Positions 49,989 to 59,583 are shown, numbered from the stretch's first letter. The stretch is DNA of 63,602 nt from a virus (IMGVR_UViG_3300046003_002370:1-63602); one strand, 5' to 3'. Numbers and translations: made by a program. The notes: a model not told the origin generated them from the letters alone.

Positions 49989-52688
49989 TTAATTATATAC
50001 TCTGATTTCTATTGATGCGTTACTAATTTCTCCATCATTTCCTGCGTTAATTATAATGGAATCATTAGAATTTCTAGTGCTTGAGACTAGGTAATTAAAA
50101 AAGCCATTTGATATAGATATATATGTTTTGGCAGCAGTAAACGCTCCAGTAAGAGTTCCTAAATAACTACCTATACCGATTCTGCTCCAAAAAACAGTAC
50201 CTATGGTATTTTCTAAAATAGTTATTGATGGTGGAGCTGTTGATATCTGTGATATTAAAGCTGTATAAACTTTGTATTTTCTTAAATCGGAAACTCTCTC
50301 AACAGCTCCAGTGCTTATATTCCTAGTTAAAATATCATAAGTTCCTGCGCTTGTTGATGGCGTTGCTGATAATTTTAAAGCTGTTCCAATAATTGAACCA
50401 TTAACCTGTAGTTTATCTACTCCGTTGTCTGTAGTTGTGTTTATTAAGACGTTTCCGCTCAATCTAGTTGTAAGTATTGAAGTGTTACCAATTACTACAG
50501 TGTTTGTACCTAGACCTATTGCATCACGCCCTATTACTATTGAATTTGAATTTGTTCCTAATAGTGTTTGTGCATTATTACCTATAGCTACATTATAATT
50601 ACCAGTGGTATTGTTAACAAGAGCATCTTTACCTAAAGCTACATTATTTAACCCCGAAGTATTTGCTATCATAGCTCCATTTCCTACTGCTGTATTTCGA
50701 TTTCCAGTAAGATTTACTTTTAAAGCGTCTTTTCCAATAGCTGTATTTTCATAAGCTGTTGTGTTTGCATTTAATGCAAAATAACCAAAAGCAGTATTAT
50801 TGTAACCTGACGTATTATCTTGTAAAGCAAAACTACCTACTGCAGTGTTCTGAATTGCTAATGCAGATGAGTTATTATACAATGTATTAATTCCAACTCC
50901 AACATTACTTGCTGCTAATCCATTAAGGTATCCTGAATTTTCTCCAATAAATGTATTGTTAGCTCCTGAAACATTAAATTTTAGAGCATTAGTTCCAATT
51001 GCTGTATTTCCAACTATATTTCCAGTACCTTTTCCAATTGTCAATGTGCTTACCTGCAAATCTCTAACAAAAGTCTTGGAGCCATCAATAGACTGTGCAA
51101 TATTTGTAATTAATCCTCTTGAAATTCCTATTTCCGCATTAGGTATATTAAATGTATGGGTATCAAGTGTACTATTAATATTAAAATCTACTCCTGAAGT
51201 TCCAACAGCTAAATACTGAGTATTTGCAGTTAAGCCATTTAACGAAGTAACCCCTCCTGAAAATGTAGTAATGATTTCACATAAATGACTATCTTCAGTA
51301 TGTAATTTAGCTGTTCTACCACCTGAATTATTAACTATATAAACTCTAATAGCAAGTCTATCTGTAACTAATAACGGTGTTGTAGGTACTGCTAAAGATG
51401 TTAAATATAAATCAATTGCTGTTCCTCCACTTATTGTTTCAGGAACTAGAGAGCTTGATGCAATACTTGTAAATACAGCACCATTATATTTTAAAAGTTC
51501 AACATAAAACTTAGGACTTCCTCCGTTTGAAGACATTGAAAAAAACATTTCAAAGTTCCACACTCCACCTGGTATCTCAAGTCTATTCGGATTACCTACA
51601 TCTGTTAAGAACTGTGATATTAATCCATTACCTGTTAAACTAAAATCAGTACCGACTCCCATTACCGCATCATTATCCATTTGCTGATAACCAACAACAC
51701 TTGATGGTATACTACCATTCAAATAATAATTAACAGACGAGCCTCCGCCTCCTGTTGAAGGAAACGCAGCTAACTGTCCATCTCCTCTAATATATTGGGA
51801 GGCAGTCCCTAATGCTGTTACAGCAAGAGTGCCGTTTGAAGTTAAAGGGCTATTTGCTACATTAAATGCTAAAGGCATTGTTAACCCTACAGAAGTTAAT
51901 CCTTGAGTAGGTATATCACTAGTCAATGCTATTGTTCCTGATGCGTTAGGTAGTTGATAAACACTATTAGTATTTATATTATCAGCTCTAAAAGTTGCAG
52001 TATTTTCATTTGCTGTTAACCCTAGTTGTATATAAGGTAATCCATCTACATCAGTTGATATTGTTACAGCACCTGTCTCGTTATCCTGACTAGCAACTGA
52101 TATATACTTTTCTAATCCTATTACCTTTATACCAACATTAGTAGTCTCTCCTGCCGTTGTTACTTGTTGTAGTGTTGGTATAGTATCTGATCCTGTTGCA
52201 ATGGAGAAAGACGCCATATCGTAATATGCATCTTTTATTAATCCACCATTACCACCAATAAATTCCAATGTTAATTTATAGAAGTTTGGATCCGGTTGAA
52301 CCGCATAACTTACAATCTTATAATGCCCAAACTGGTTTATAGTACTTTGTTGTGATAATAGTATCTGCGTGTCTACTAGGTAGTCTAAAAATATATTTAC
52401 AAATTGACCGGAGCCATCTGTCTTACTAAGTATTAATTCTGTTATATCCTCAAATGGTTCTCCTTCTCCGCCGCCACCTTCAAATGACATAGTGCCGTTT
52501 CCTGGATTTATAACAACAAACTTCCATAACATTTGTCCTGCTATGGAAATCTTACCGTTTATATTTAAGTAATCGGCAACCGTTTGAGCAGTAAAGTTTA
52601 CAGTTTGTCTATTGGAGAATTTAGTTCCAATGAATACATCCGAATTTTTAATGTCAGTATCTCTTGTATAAGAGTTTATTATTGCCAT
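49989..52688 (-). CDS. Tail fibre/spike protein with N-T-A-x-G repeats
   Basis: Many NTAIG/NTAVG/NVALG repeats; C-terminal YKVYTA...IEIRVYN domain. Confidence 0.75.
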   Translation of the reverse strand: MAIINSYTRDTDIKNSDVFIGTKFSNRQTVNFTAQTVADYLNINGKISIAGQMLWKFVVINPGNGTMSFEGGGGEGEPFEDITELILSKTDGSGQFVNIFLDYLVDTQILLSQQSTINQFGHYKIVSYAVQPDPNFYKLTLEFIGGNGGLIKDAYYDMASFSIATGSDTIPTLQQVTTAGETTNVGIKVIGLEKYISVASQDNETGAVTISTDVDGLPYIQLGLTANENTATFRADNINTNSVYQLPNASGTIALTSDIPTQGLTSVGLTMPLAFNVANSPLTSNGTLAVTALGTASQYIRGDGQLAAFPSTGGGGSSVNYYLNGSIPSSVVGYQQMDNDAVMGVGTDFSLTGNGLISQFLTDVGNPNRLEIPGGVWNFEMFFSMSSNGGSPKFYVELLKYNGAVFTSIASSSLVPETISGGTAIDLYLTSLAVPTTPLLVTDRLAIRVYIVNNSGGRTAKLHTEDSHLCEIITTFSGGVTSLNGLTANTQYLAVGTSGVDFNINSTLDTHTFNIPNAEIGISRGLITNIAQSIDGSKTFVRDLQVSTLTIGKGTGNIVGNTAIGTNALKFNVSGANNTFIGENSGYLNGLAASNVGVGINTLYNNSSALAIQNTAVGSFALQDNTSGYNNTAFGYFALNANTTAYENTAIGKDALKVNLTGNRNTAVGNGAMIANTSGLNNVALGKDALVNNTTGNYNVAIGNNAQTLLGTNSNSIVIGRDAIGLGTNTVVIGNTSILTTRLSGNVLINTTTDNGVDKLQVNGSIIGTALKLSATPSTSAGTYDILTRNISTGAVERVSDLRKYKVYTALISQISTAPPSITILENTIGTVFWSRIGIGSYLGTLTGAFTAAKTYISISNGFFNYLVSSTRNSNDSIIINAGNDGEISNASIEIRVYN

Positions 52689-52699
52689 GATTTTTTTAT

Positions 52700-53203
52700 T
52701 TAATTATATACTCTTATTTCTATTGGTACTCTTCCATTTGTTTGTAAATCTGCTCTTGTACCATTTAATAAAAATGGATTAAATGAGAAAACACTATCAA
52801 AAATACCCGTATAAGTTAAAAAAACAGGAACGCCACCACCATTAGAGCCATAACCAATAGAAACCCACGCTTTATCACTATTTATATCAGTAGGATTTGG
52901 TGCTGATAGTTTGTATTGTAATAGACCTTCATTTAATCTTGCCCAAGTAAGATTAAATCCTAATGTGTTTTCAGAAACAATACTTACGGGGGCATCTGTT
53001 CCAAATTGACTAATTACTGCTGTATACACTTTATATGGTCTTGAATCAGGCATACCCGCCTGAGCTAGGCTAACTATAGAACTTATTGTAAAGTTTTTTG
53101 TACTAGTTGGTTTACTGCCGCTTGGCTGTGGTACGTGTGTTCCTAACAACAAGTCTGTTTCTAGCACGGTCGTATTTACTGGGTAACTAATTATTTCTGC
53201 CAT
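52700..53203 (-). CDS. Short tail-fibre-like protein sharing N- and C-terminal modules with 49989..52688
   Basis: MAEIISYP...LLGT...NFT; YKVYTAVISQ...IEIRVYN. Confidence 0.7.
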   Translation of the reverse strand: MAEIISYPVNTTVLETDLLLGTHVPQPSGSKPTSTKNFTISSIVSLAQAGMPDSRPYKVYTAVISQFGTDAPVSIVSENTLGFNLTWARLNEGLLQYKLSAPNPTDINSDKAWVSIGYGSNGGGVPVFLTYTGIFDSVFSFNPFLLNGTRADLQTNGRVPIEIRVYN

Positions 53204-53205
53204 AG

Positions 53206-53349
53206 TTATTTCTTTGCTTTAGCTTTTATTTTCTTTTCTTCCTTTAGCATTGCCTGTGTAGGTTTTTTGCCAGATCCTTTATTTTCGCGGATGTTATCCC
53301 ATAGCCCACGCTTTGACGTGGATCCATCTTTTCTTTTTAACAGTTCCAT
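53206..53349 (-). CDS. Small basic protein (47 aa, below track cutoff)
   Basis: MELLKRKDGSTSKRGLWDNIRENKGSGKKPT... Confidence 0.55.
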   Translation of the reverse strand: MELLKRKDGSTSKRGLWDNIRENKGSGKKPTQAMLKEEKKIKAKAKK

Positions 53350-53738
53350 TTGTCTAATGCTAGTTTTTTTCTTGTTGGTTCACCATTTGGTTTTTTCATT
53401 GCCCCCGGCATACCAGACATTCTAGCACAGAAAGATTTGCGTCGTTTAGCGTCTTTGCTACCGGCTTTTAATTCCGATGGTTTTTTTGTCACAGCTGTTT
53501 GCAGCTTTGAACCCGGGTTTTCTCTTCTATAGCTTGCAACGCCTTTAGCGTTTAATCCGCCTTTAGGGTCTTTACCTTCTTTACGTGTCCAAGCTGCTGT
53601 TTTCTTTAATGGCGAATCACACCCATATCCTGAGCCAGATCCAATCCACAAGCCTTTGTTTCCACTATCCCCCAATCCTTGAGGGCCTATGCCTTTCATT
53701 TTCATCCTATTTCTTTTTAGTTCTATTGGTCGATGCAT
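53337..53738 (-). CDS. Basic phage protein (AAWTRKEGK...RRKSFCARM family)
   Basis: Recognisable widespread phage motif; true start is probably the downstream Met. Confidence 0.7.
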   Translation of the reverse strand: MHRPIELKRNRMKMKGIGPQGLGDSGNKGLWIGSGSGYGCDSPLKKTAAWTRKEGKDPKGGLNAKGVASYRRENPGSKLQTAVTKKPSELKAGSKDAKRRKSFCARMSGMPGAMKKPNGEPTRKKLALDKWNC

Positions 53739-53967
53739 TGTAAGTGAAACTACTTGCCGGTTTACCCGTTGCTTTTGAAGCTCTGTCTTTAGCTCGTTCT
53801 TCCGCAGTCATATTGTTTCGTTTCTTACCCTCTGCTGTTAATGTTTTACCATCTGCTTTAAGTTGTCCTCTATCCTTCAGAATACCAATAGCCATCTCTC
53901 TACTACCTACCTGAGCAGCCAACCTATTTATCAGTTGCCCTTTACCCATAAACTTCTGCGTGGCCAT
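53707..53967 (-). CDS. Basic hypothetical protein
   Basis: 86-aa ORF coupled to its neighbours. Confidence 0.65.
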   Translation of the reverse strand: MATQKFMGKGQLINRLAAQVGSREMAIGILKDRGQLKADGKTLTAEGKKRNNMTAEERAKDRASKATGKPASSFTYNASTNRTKKK

Positions 53968-54722
53968 TAGTCTTTTATTTTATAGTTCTTACCACTCTCT
54001 TTCTTTGTACCCTCACCCTCATTGCCTCTATTCTGTTTCACAGATTCAAACCTACCATCTTCATGGTCGTAATCTTTACCTTTGTTACCAGGGTTTTTAC
54101 GATGCATCCTTTGTGAGTGTGCTTTCTTAGTTCTCCTATCGTCGGATTTAGCATAAGCTAGATCTCTAGCAGCTTTTTTTTTAGCGGCTAAAGGAGATAG
54201 TCTTTGTTTCTGTAAAGGTGATTCCCCTTTCATTTCCGTCATTCTCTCTTTCCTGGTAGCAGCACTCATTCCTGAGGTGCCATACTTTTCAATATTCTTT
54301 TCTAAGTTTTTTTCAGAAGATAAACTACCAATAAAATTATTAACTATATCTTTACCTGCTTCTACAACCCCACTTACAATACCGTGATCAGAATTAAAAC
54401 CACCTACTTCATGGGCAACTCCTAATAAATTAGAACCAACAACACCAATAGCATTCCCCACAACACCTCCACCTAACTTAGCAGATATACCTTTTCTAGT
54501 GTACATACCACCAGCCGCATGGCCCATCTTATCTGAGTCAACCCAATTACCTTTATTCTTGTTAGTATATTTCTCTCTACTACTAGAAGCTTTACCAACT
54601 GGGTTACCTAATGCTCTATTAACACCCGCTTCCATTGTATCAACAGAAGAATAAAAAGGCTGCATGTTTCTGCGGTAAGTATCTATAGGTTTTTCTGATT
54701 GCGATCTTAGTTTAAACGGCAT
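53967..54722 (-). CDS. First gene of the late arm; basic protein with a degenerate HNH-like tail
   Basis: MPFKLR start, ESPLQK, KDYDH...NRG. Confidence 0.6.
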   Translation of the reverse strand: MPFKLRSQSEKPIDTYRRNMQPFYSSVDTMEAGVNRALGNPVGKASSSREKYTNKNKGNWVDSDKMGHAAGGMYTRKGISAKLGGGVVGNAIGVVGSNLLGVAHEVGGFNSDHGIVSGVVEAGKDIVNNFIGSLSSEKNLEKNIEKYGTSGMSAATRKERMTEMKGESPLQKQRLSPLAAKKKAARDLAYAKSDDRRTKKAHSQRMHRKNPGNKGKDYDHEDGRFESVKQNRGNEGEGTKKESGKNYKIKD

Positions 54723-54746
54723 AGTATTATTATTTGGTATAGTTTC

Positions 54747-54774
54747 TTAATTACGTACATCGAGTGAATCTTAC
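54747..54774 (-). promoter_or_regulatory. Class II promoter candidate driving the late arm
   Basis: Minus strand gtaag-N15-gtaattaa, ~25 nt before the first late ATG. Confidence 0.65.
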
Positions 54775-54777
54775 AGC

Positions 54778-54820
54778 GTGACGTTAGCCTACTACTATAT
54801 ATATAACTACCTAATGTCAC
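54778..54820. promoter_or_regulatory. Operator-like inverted repeat, copy 2
   Basis: gtgacgttagcc-N19-acctaatgtcac. Confidence 0.65.
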
Positions 54821-55180
54821 ACTTGTTGTAAAAAAAAATATTGTAAAAAATTTTTTGTAACATATAAATAAGTAAAATGTTATAGCGTTATTTCTACGCT
54901 GCGCCGTATAAAAGGAAATCCGTTTCGTTTACCCCATGGGGGTTCAATCTGGTGATCCGGTTCGAAGGGTCGGGGCCGGCGTCCGTAAACCGTACGATAC
55001 TTTCGGGATTCTGGCTGGTACTATCGCAGCTGCTGTGCCGTGTACGCTGGCGTGTATCTGTGCGTGTGTGTGCCGTGTGTCTCCCGTGTTGTACGATAAT
55101 GTGAAACGAATACGAATACCAGGCAACGTGTAATACGATACGATACGCGGAGCGTAGCGACGCGCTTGTGCGTATAGCAT
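54821..55180. other. Divergent intergenic region with A-tracts and GC-rich short repeats; candidate genome end, pac site or origin
   Basis: Strand switch point; ttgtaaaaaa repeats; TACGA and CGTGT repeats; GC well above the flanks. Confidence 0.5.
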
Positions 55181-55237
55181 TTACAGACCTGGTACGGATG
55201 GTGATTGATAATATATATGTAACAAATAAATAACAAT

Positions 55238-55420
55238 ATGAAAAGACTTAGTGATTTACATCCTCAGACCAGACTGGATCTGATAGAGGAAACCAGATGG
55301 CAATATGGACAGGAGTGGGTAGCTACCTGCATAAAGTATGACTTCCACATATCTTGTATGTGTGACTGGAGTAAGACCAGGCAAGGAGGCGAGTACTGGT
55401 GCTCGGTTGACTGGAGTTAA
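55238..55420 (+). CDS. First early gene, hypothetical
   Basis: Follows class I element 55181 and precedes a terminator. Confidence 0.6.
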   Translation: MKRLSDLHPQTRLDLIEETRWQYGQEWVATCIKYDFHISCMCDWSKTRQGGEYWCSVDWS

Positions 55421-55432
55421 CATAACCTGATC

Positions 55433-55457
55433 AGGTCCCGGAAACGGGATCTCTTTT
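55433..55457 (+). terminator. Rho-independent terminator
   Basis: aggtcccg-gaaa-cgggatct then ctttt. Confidence 0.7.
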
Positions 55458-55903
55458 ACTCTGCTTCATGCGGAATTGGCAGGGCGGAGCATGCGAGCTT
55501 GCGAGCATCGCTCGTGTATAGCACTTACAGACTCAGTACGAATGGTATTTGATAATATATATGAATCAAATGAATAACAACAAACTTAATAAAAAATAAA
55601 TACTTACAAACTTAATACGAAGTGAAATTGATAATATAAGTGTAACAAATAATAACTAATAAATAAATAAAATATGAAAAACTTAAATGAAATTAAAAGT
55701 AGGTTAGTTGATCGTGGATCTTTTGACTTAACCTTAGATCAAGAATTCTCTGGACTAACTAGAGAAGAACAAAATTCAGTCCGGGACTATGTTAGATTTT
55801 ATCTCCTCATGGAATCATAAAATGCTATACAAACTTACAGACTTAATACGACTAGTAATTGATAATATAAATGTAATTAAATAACAAACTAAATATAAAT
55901 AAA

Positions 55904-56314
55904 ATGAACAAATTTAAAAAAGAAGTTGAAGTAGTAGAAGTAGTTGAAGTAACTAAAACTAACAAAGAATTGATCGCTGAAGCCATATCTAAGCTTAGTC
56001 CAGAAGAACTAGCCTTAATATATCCGCCGATGGAACGAGCTAACTTTGTAGTCAGAAAGTCTTGGCTAGGTCGTGGACAAATCATAAGTTTTGTCAACAA
56101 CAAAAATCAAAGAATAACTTATAGTCACGACGAAGTCTTGAAAATAATGTTACCTAAGTTATCAATAATGCCATGTTGGATCAAACGTGAGTACTGGTCA
56201 CAATCAACTGACTTACCAAGTAATGTTAGGAATACAAGTGCGGTCTTGAGTGTTGAACAATTGATCGACGAAACTTCCAAAGAGTTTCAAGATGCTGAGG
56301 CAAGTCTAACATAG
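55904..56314 (+). CDS. Early hypothetical protein
   Basis: 136 aa after class I element 55835. Confidence 0.75.
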   Translation: MNKFKKEVEVVEVVEVTKTNKELIAEAISKLSPEELALIYPPMERANFVVRKSWLGRGQIISFVNNKNQRITYSHDEVLKIMLPKLSIMPCWIKREYWSQSTDLPSNVRNTSAVLSVEQLIDETSKEFQDAEASLT

Positions 56315-56679
56315 ACTGCTTCGGCTCCCCTCGAGGATGCTATACACTTTTACAGACAGAATACGAAGTATAAATGATAATATAAATGTAACTAAAAACA
56401 AATAATATGAAAGAACTAATCAAATACGCTACTGAAATGGCTAGACAATATCCACACAAGTTGGATGAAATAAATGATCTGCTAAGCCTGTGTCATTCTG
56501 AGATCGAAGAAGGCGGATCTGAGACCCACGAAATAGAGTTATGTGCTGAAGATATTAAACAAATATGTGAAGATGATGAATAAAGAACAATTAACCAACC
56601 TGATCGCTTTTGTGAGCCTACTGGTAGCTTACGGAATAATAATGTATTACCTAGGAGCTATAAACGGTTTTTAAAAACA

Positions 56680-56722
56680 GTGACGTTAGCCTATTATTTC
56701 TAGTTTAATAGGCTACTGTCAC
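56680..56722. promoter_or_regulatory. Operator-like inverted repeat, copy 3
   Basis: gtgacgttagcc-N19-ggctactgtcac. Confidence 0.65.
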
Positions 56723-56906
56723 ACTTTTATACGGTTCCTTTTTTTTTAGCGGTGCTATACACGGCCTGACCCTGCAATAAAGTCGGAAGAGTAGACTCCG
56801 TCCTACCTATATTTTAGCTATGCTATACACTTTTCTCCATCGATCACCCTTACAGACTAAATACGATGCCATTTTGATAATAAATATGAATCTAAAAACA
56901 AATAAC

Positions 56907-57182
56907 ATGAAGTACATTAAAGTTCAAAGCGAAGAAATTATCTTTAGTCATGAAAATGACCGCTATATCCTAATTAAGAAAGAAAATGACAAGATTATTG
57001 GGTTAAACTTCTGTCAAGGCGACGATTTTGATTACTTCGTTGAGCACTACATGGAAATTGATCACGACCTAACTAACTTCTATCATGTGGTAAGTAAGTT
57101 TATCGATCTACCTAACGAATATGACTTGATAAATGAGGTAATCTGGGCTTGGTTTCGGTATAAAAACCCCTGGTGTTCGTAG
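56907..57182 (+). CDS. Early hypothetical protein (probable start at MKYIKVQ)
   Basis: Track ORF 56820..57182 spans class I element 56850, so a downstream ATG is more likely. Confidence 0.6.
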   Translation: MKYIKVQSEEIIFSHENDRYILIKKENDKIIGLNFCQGDDFDYFVEHYMEIDHDLTNFYHVVSKFIDLPNEYDLINEVIWAWFRYKNPWCS

Positions 57183-57591
57183 TCCGAAAGCCTTGTAAAC
57201 AAAGGAGTTCGGGGTTATACCTATCTATCTTTTAAAACTAATAAATAATCAACCACCCTTACAAACTTAACACGATGTGGTTTTGATAATATAAATGTAA
57301 CAAATAAAAACTTATACTTATGGAAAATCATTTTGGAATTAGCGTGGAAGAATATTGGTGGAAAACTTTCACTAGCGAGGCTATGGACTCAACAACTACA
57401 AGTACTTATGCTCCGTTGAGCGAACCGTGGTATACGAAAACGATCGAGTAATATCACCTTGTAAACTTAACTTATGAAGAGTTAATTAATAGACTGGGTT
57501 AAAACGATCAAACTAGTTATTACCGTGACAATGAAATTATGGTAGAAATGGGTCAAATAAATGAATAGTAAACAATAAAAACAAAGAAATT

Positions 57592-57777
57592 ATGAAAGAA
57601 TACGAAGTAGAAGTGTGTGAAACACTCATAAGAATAGTAACCGTTGAAGCAATGAATGTGGAGGATGCGATTAAATTTGTAAAGTATGACTATAACAACG
57701 CTGAGTTAGTATTGGATAGCGATGATTTCTTTGATGTAGATTTTAATGTAGTAAATAATGATACCACAATAAAATAG
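57592..57777 (+). CDS. DpnD/PcfM-like small acidic protein
   Basis: YEVEVCETLIRIVTVEA...EDAI...Y...LVLD..DF. Confidence 0.65.
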   Translation: MKEYEVEVCETLIRIVTVEAMNVEDAIKFVKYDYNNAELVLDSDDFFDVDFNVVNNDTTIK

Positions 57778-57846
57778 AAGATTAATTTACAGACAAGACA
57801 CGATACCTAATTGATAATATAAATGTAACAAATAAACAAAAATAAA

Positions 57847-58074
57847 ATGACTAGAAAAGAGTGGTTTGATAACCAAACACCGGAGCTACAAGAAAAGTTC
57901 AAATACAATTGTAATACCATAAATGATGAGCCATGCTTTGATTACTGGATTACTAATGATAACGGTACGGAAGGATTAGGCGGTGCGTTTATATTCCACA
58001 AATCTAGGGAAGGACACACATTTTGGTATGAACTTAATAACCAACTAGAATCAATTCAAAAAAATGGAAAGTGA
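57847..58074 (+). CDS. Early hypothetical protein
   Basis: After class I element 57787; AF...SREG..FW resembles 55238..55420. Confidence 0.65.
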   Translation: MTRKEWFDNQTPELQEKFKYNCNTINDEPCFDYWITNDNGTEGLGGAFIFHKSREGHTFWYELNNQLESIQKNGK

Positions 58075-58157
58075 TTGTTGTGGAGCATACACCAGTATGC
58101 CAGAGTACGGGTTATGCCCTGATTGCATGGAACATTGTGAATTTATAGACTACGAAG

Positions 58158-58376
58158 ATGAAGAATAATATGGATATAACCGAATACACTCGATCAATAA
58201 GCGACGCTAATCAACGTATGTTCAAAGCAAAGTACGGACTAACGGAGTTTCATTCCGATAATGAAAGTAGAGTAAAACTATGGCTGCAACAAATGATAGC
58301 TAAGGAACAAGAAGAAAATAAACTAGACTCAATGGTGTCATTCACCGACAGTATTGGTGGTCTTGATAAGGATTAA
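58158..58376 (+). CDS. Hypothetical protein
   Basis: 72-aa ORF. Confidence 0.55.
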   Translation: MKNNMDITEYTRSISDANQRMFKAKYGLTEFHSDNESRVKLWLQQMIAKEQEENKLDSMVSFTDSIGGLDKD

Positions 58377-58618
58377 CCTATACAGACACAATACGATTTT
58401 GAATTGATAATATATGTGTAACAAACAAATACAAATTTATGAAAACTATTAAAAAATTAAAGACTAGAGAATTGATTGTTGACGGCGTGCTATACACACC
58501 TTATATGATCGGCGAATTGCCACCAAGTTTTGGCTACAAATTATCAACAGACCGTGAGGCTGAAGGAAAATCAGAATGGTTTAATTACAAAGGTTTAACA
58601 TATTTAAAAAAGTAAAAG

Positions 58619-58903
58619 ATGAAAAAAATACTAAAAAGGTTAGATTTCGAAGAAGTAACTGAGGTTACTTATATTACCGACAGCAGCATAGTAGCTATTA
58701 AATGGAGCAATAAAAAAGTATCTGTTGTAGTACAGTGTCCTGATGAATTATTTTATGGTTGCGATGGTTATCTTAGTTCGCTTAGTTCCTGGAGTAGAAA
58801 ATCTAAGAAGGAATATGTTGAGTCTGCTCTTGACCAGTTGGGTGTTAAAGCTTTTGAATTTAACTCTTATAAAGAATTATACGAATGGTTAGCAACACAG
58901 TAA
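58619..58903 (+). CDS. Hypothetical protein
   Basis: 94-aa ORF. Confidence 0.65.
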   Translation: MKKILKRLDFEEVTEVTYITDSSIVAIKWSNKKVSVVVQCPDELFYGCDGYLSSLSSWSRKSKKEYVESALDQLGVKAFEFNSYKELYEWLATQ

Positions 58904-59032
58904 TATCAGACGAAGAAAAGTTTTCAAAGTGGATGATCGAAGTAGTTAAGAGCGTCCACTATGCAAACAACGACGACATGGCAAATGTCTATAACCGAGT
59001 AATAGATAACAACAACCGCTTAATAATCGCTT

Positions 59033-59269
59033 ATGGAACTCTCTGAACTAAAAAGTAAATGGATCAAAATGCGTAATAGTAAAATTCCACTTAATATCCA
59101 GTTTATACACGAATATGCTATACACAAAGGTATGGTTGTAACACCTGAAATAATAAGTGTTGTTGCACAGTTTTATCCAGCGGACCTAATGACAGAGCAC
59201 TTCGATCGGGAGTTTGATTTAACAAGAGTATACGATAAAAATAATAACTTTATAAAAATAGTAGAGTAA
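59033..59269 (+). CDS. Hypothetical protein
   Basis: 78-aa ORF. Confidence 0.65.
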   Translation: MELSELKSKWIKMRNSKIPLNIQFIHEYAIHKGMVVTPEIISVVAQFYPADLMTEHFDREFDLTRVYDKNNNFIKIVE

Positions 59270-59523
59270 TGACAAAACAATTAGAATTACCTAAATGGTT
59301 TCAAGGTCAAACATATCCTTGCGGTGACGAAGTAACTAATCCATTCAGTGGTGAAAGTTGCGTGTTAAACAACTTAGAATTAAGCATGTACGATTTTATT
59401 ATGGGGTGTAACTATCTAATGGAACGTGGTAAAGGATCGTCAAAAATGGTCGGTGAGTTTCACAAAGGATTAACATGGTTCAGGAAAGCAAACCCCATAG
59501 CGTACATGACGCTGCTAGATTAG
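59269..59523 (+). CDS. Hypothetical protein (…AYMTLLD type)
   Basis: 84-aa ORF, VTNPFSGE...ELSMYDFIMG. Confidence 0.7.
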   Translation: MTKQLELPKWFQGQTYPCGDEVTNPFSGESCVLNNLELSMYDFIMGCNYLMERGKGSSKMVGEFHKGLTWFRKANPIAYMTLLD

Positions 59524-59583
59524 TCTACAGACACAATACGAAATGATGTTGATAATATAAATGTAACAAATAAATAATATACA

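Noticed and set aside
49537-53203. Diversity-generating retroelement (TR/VR pair) at the tail gene ends
   Set aside because: No reverse transcriptase ORF; shared identity is only ~27 nt and the differences are not adenine-specific.
14039-53532. Numerous + strand ORFs within the - strand arm (and - strand ORFs within the + arm)
   Set aside because: Antisense shadows of long genes, with Ser/Leu/Phe/Ile-rich composition and no motifs.
54936-55236. Short ORFs 54936..55133, 54944..55180 and 55021..55236
   Set aside because: They overlap in several frames, have atypical GC-rich repetitive content and lack AT-rich leaders; likely chance ORFs in a regulatory region.
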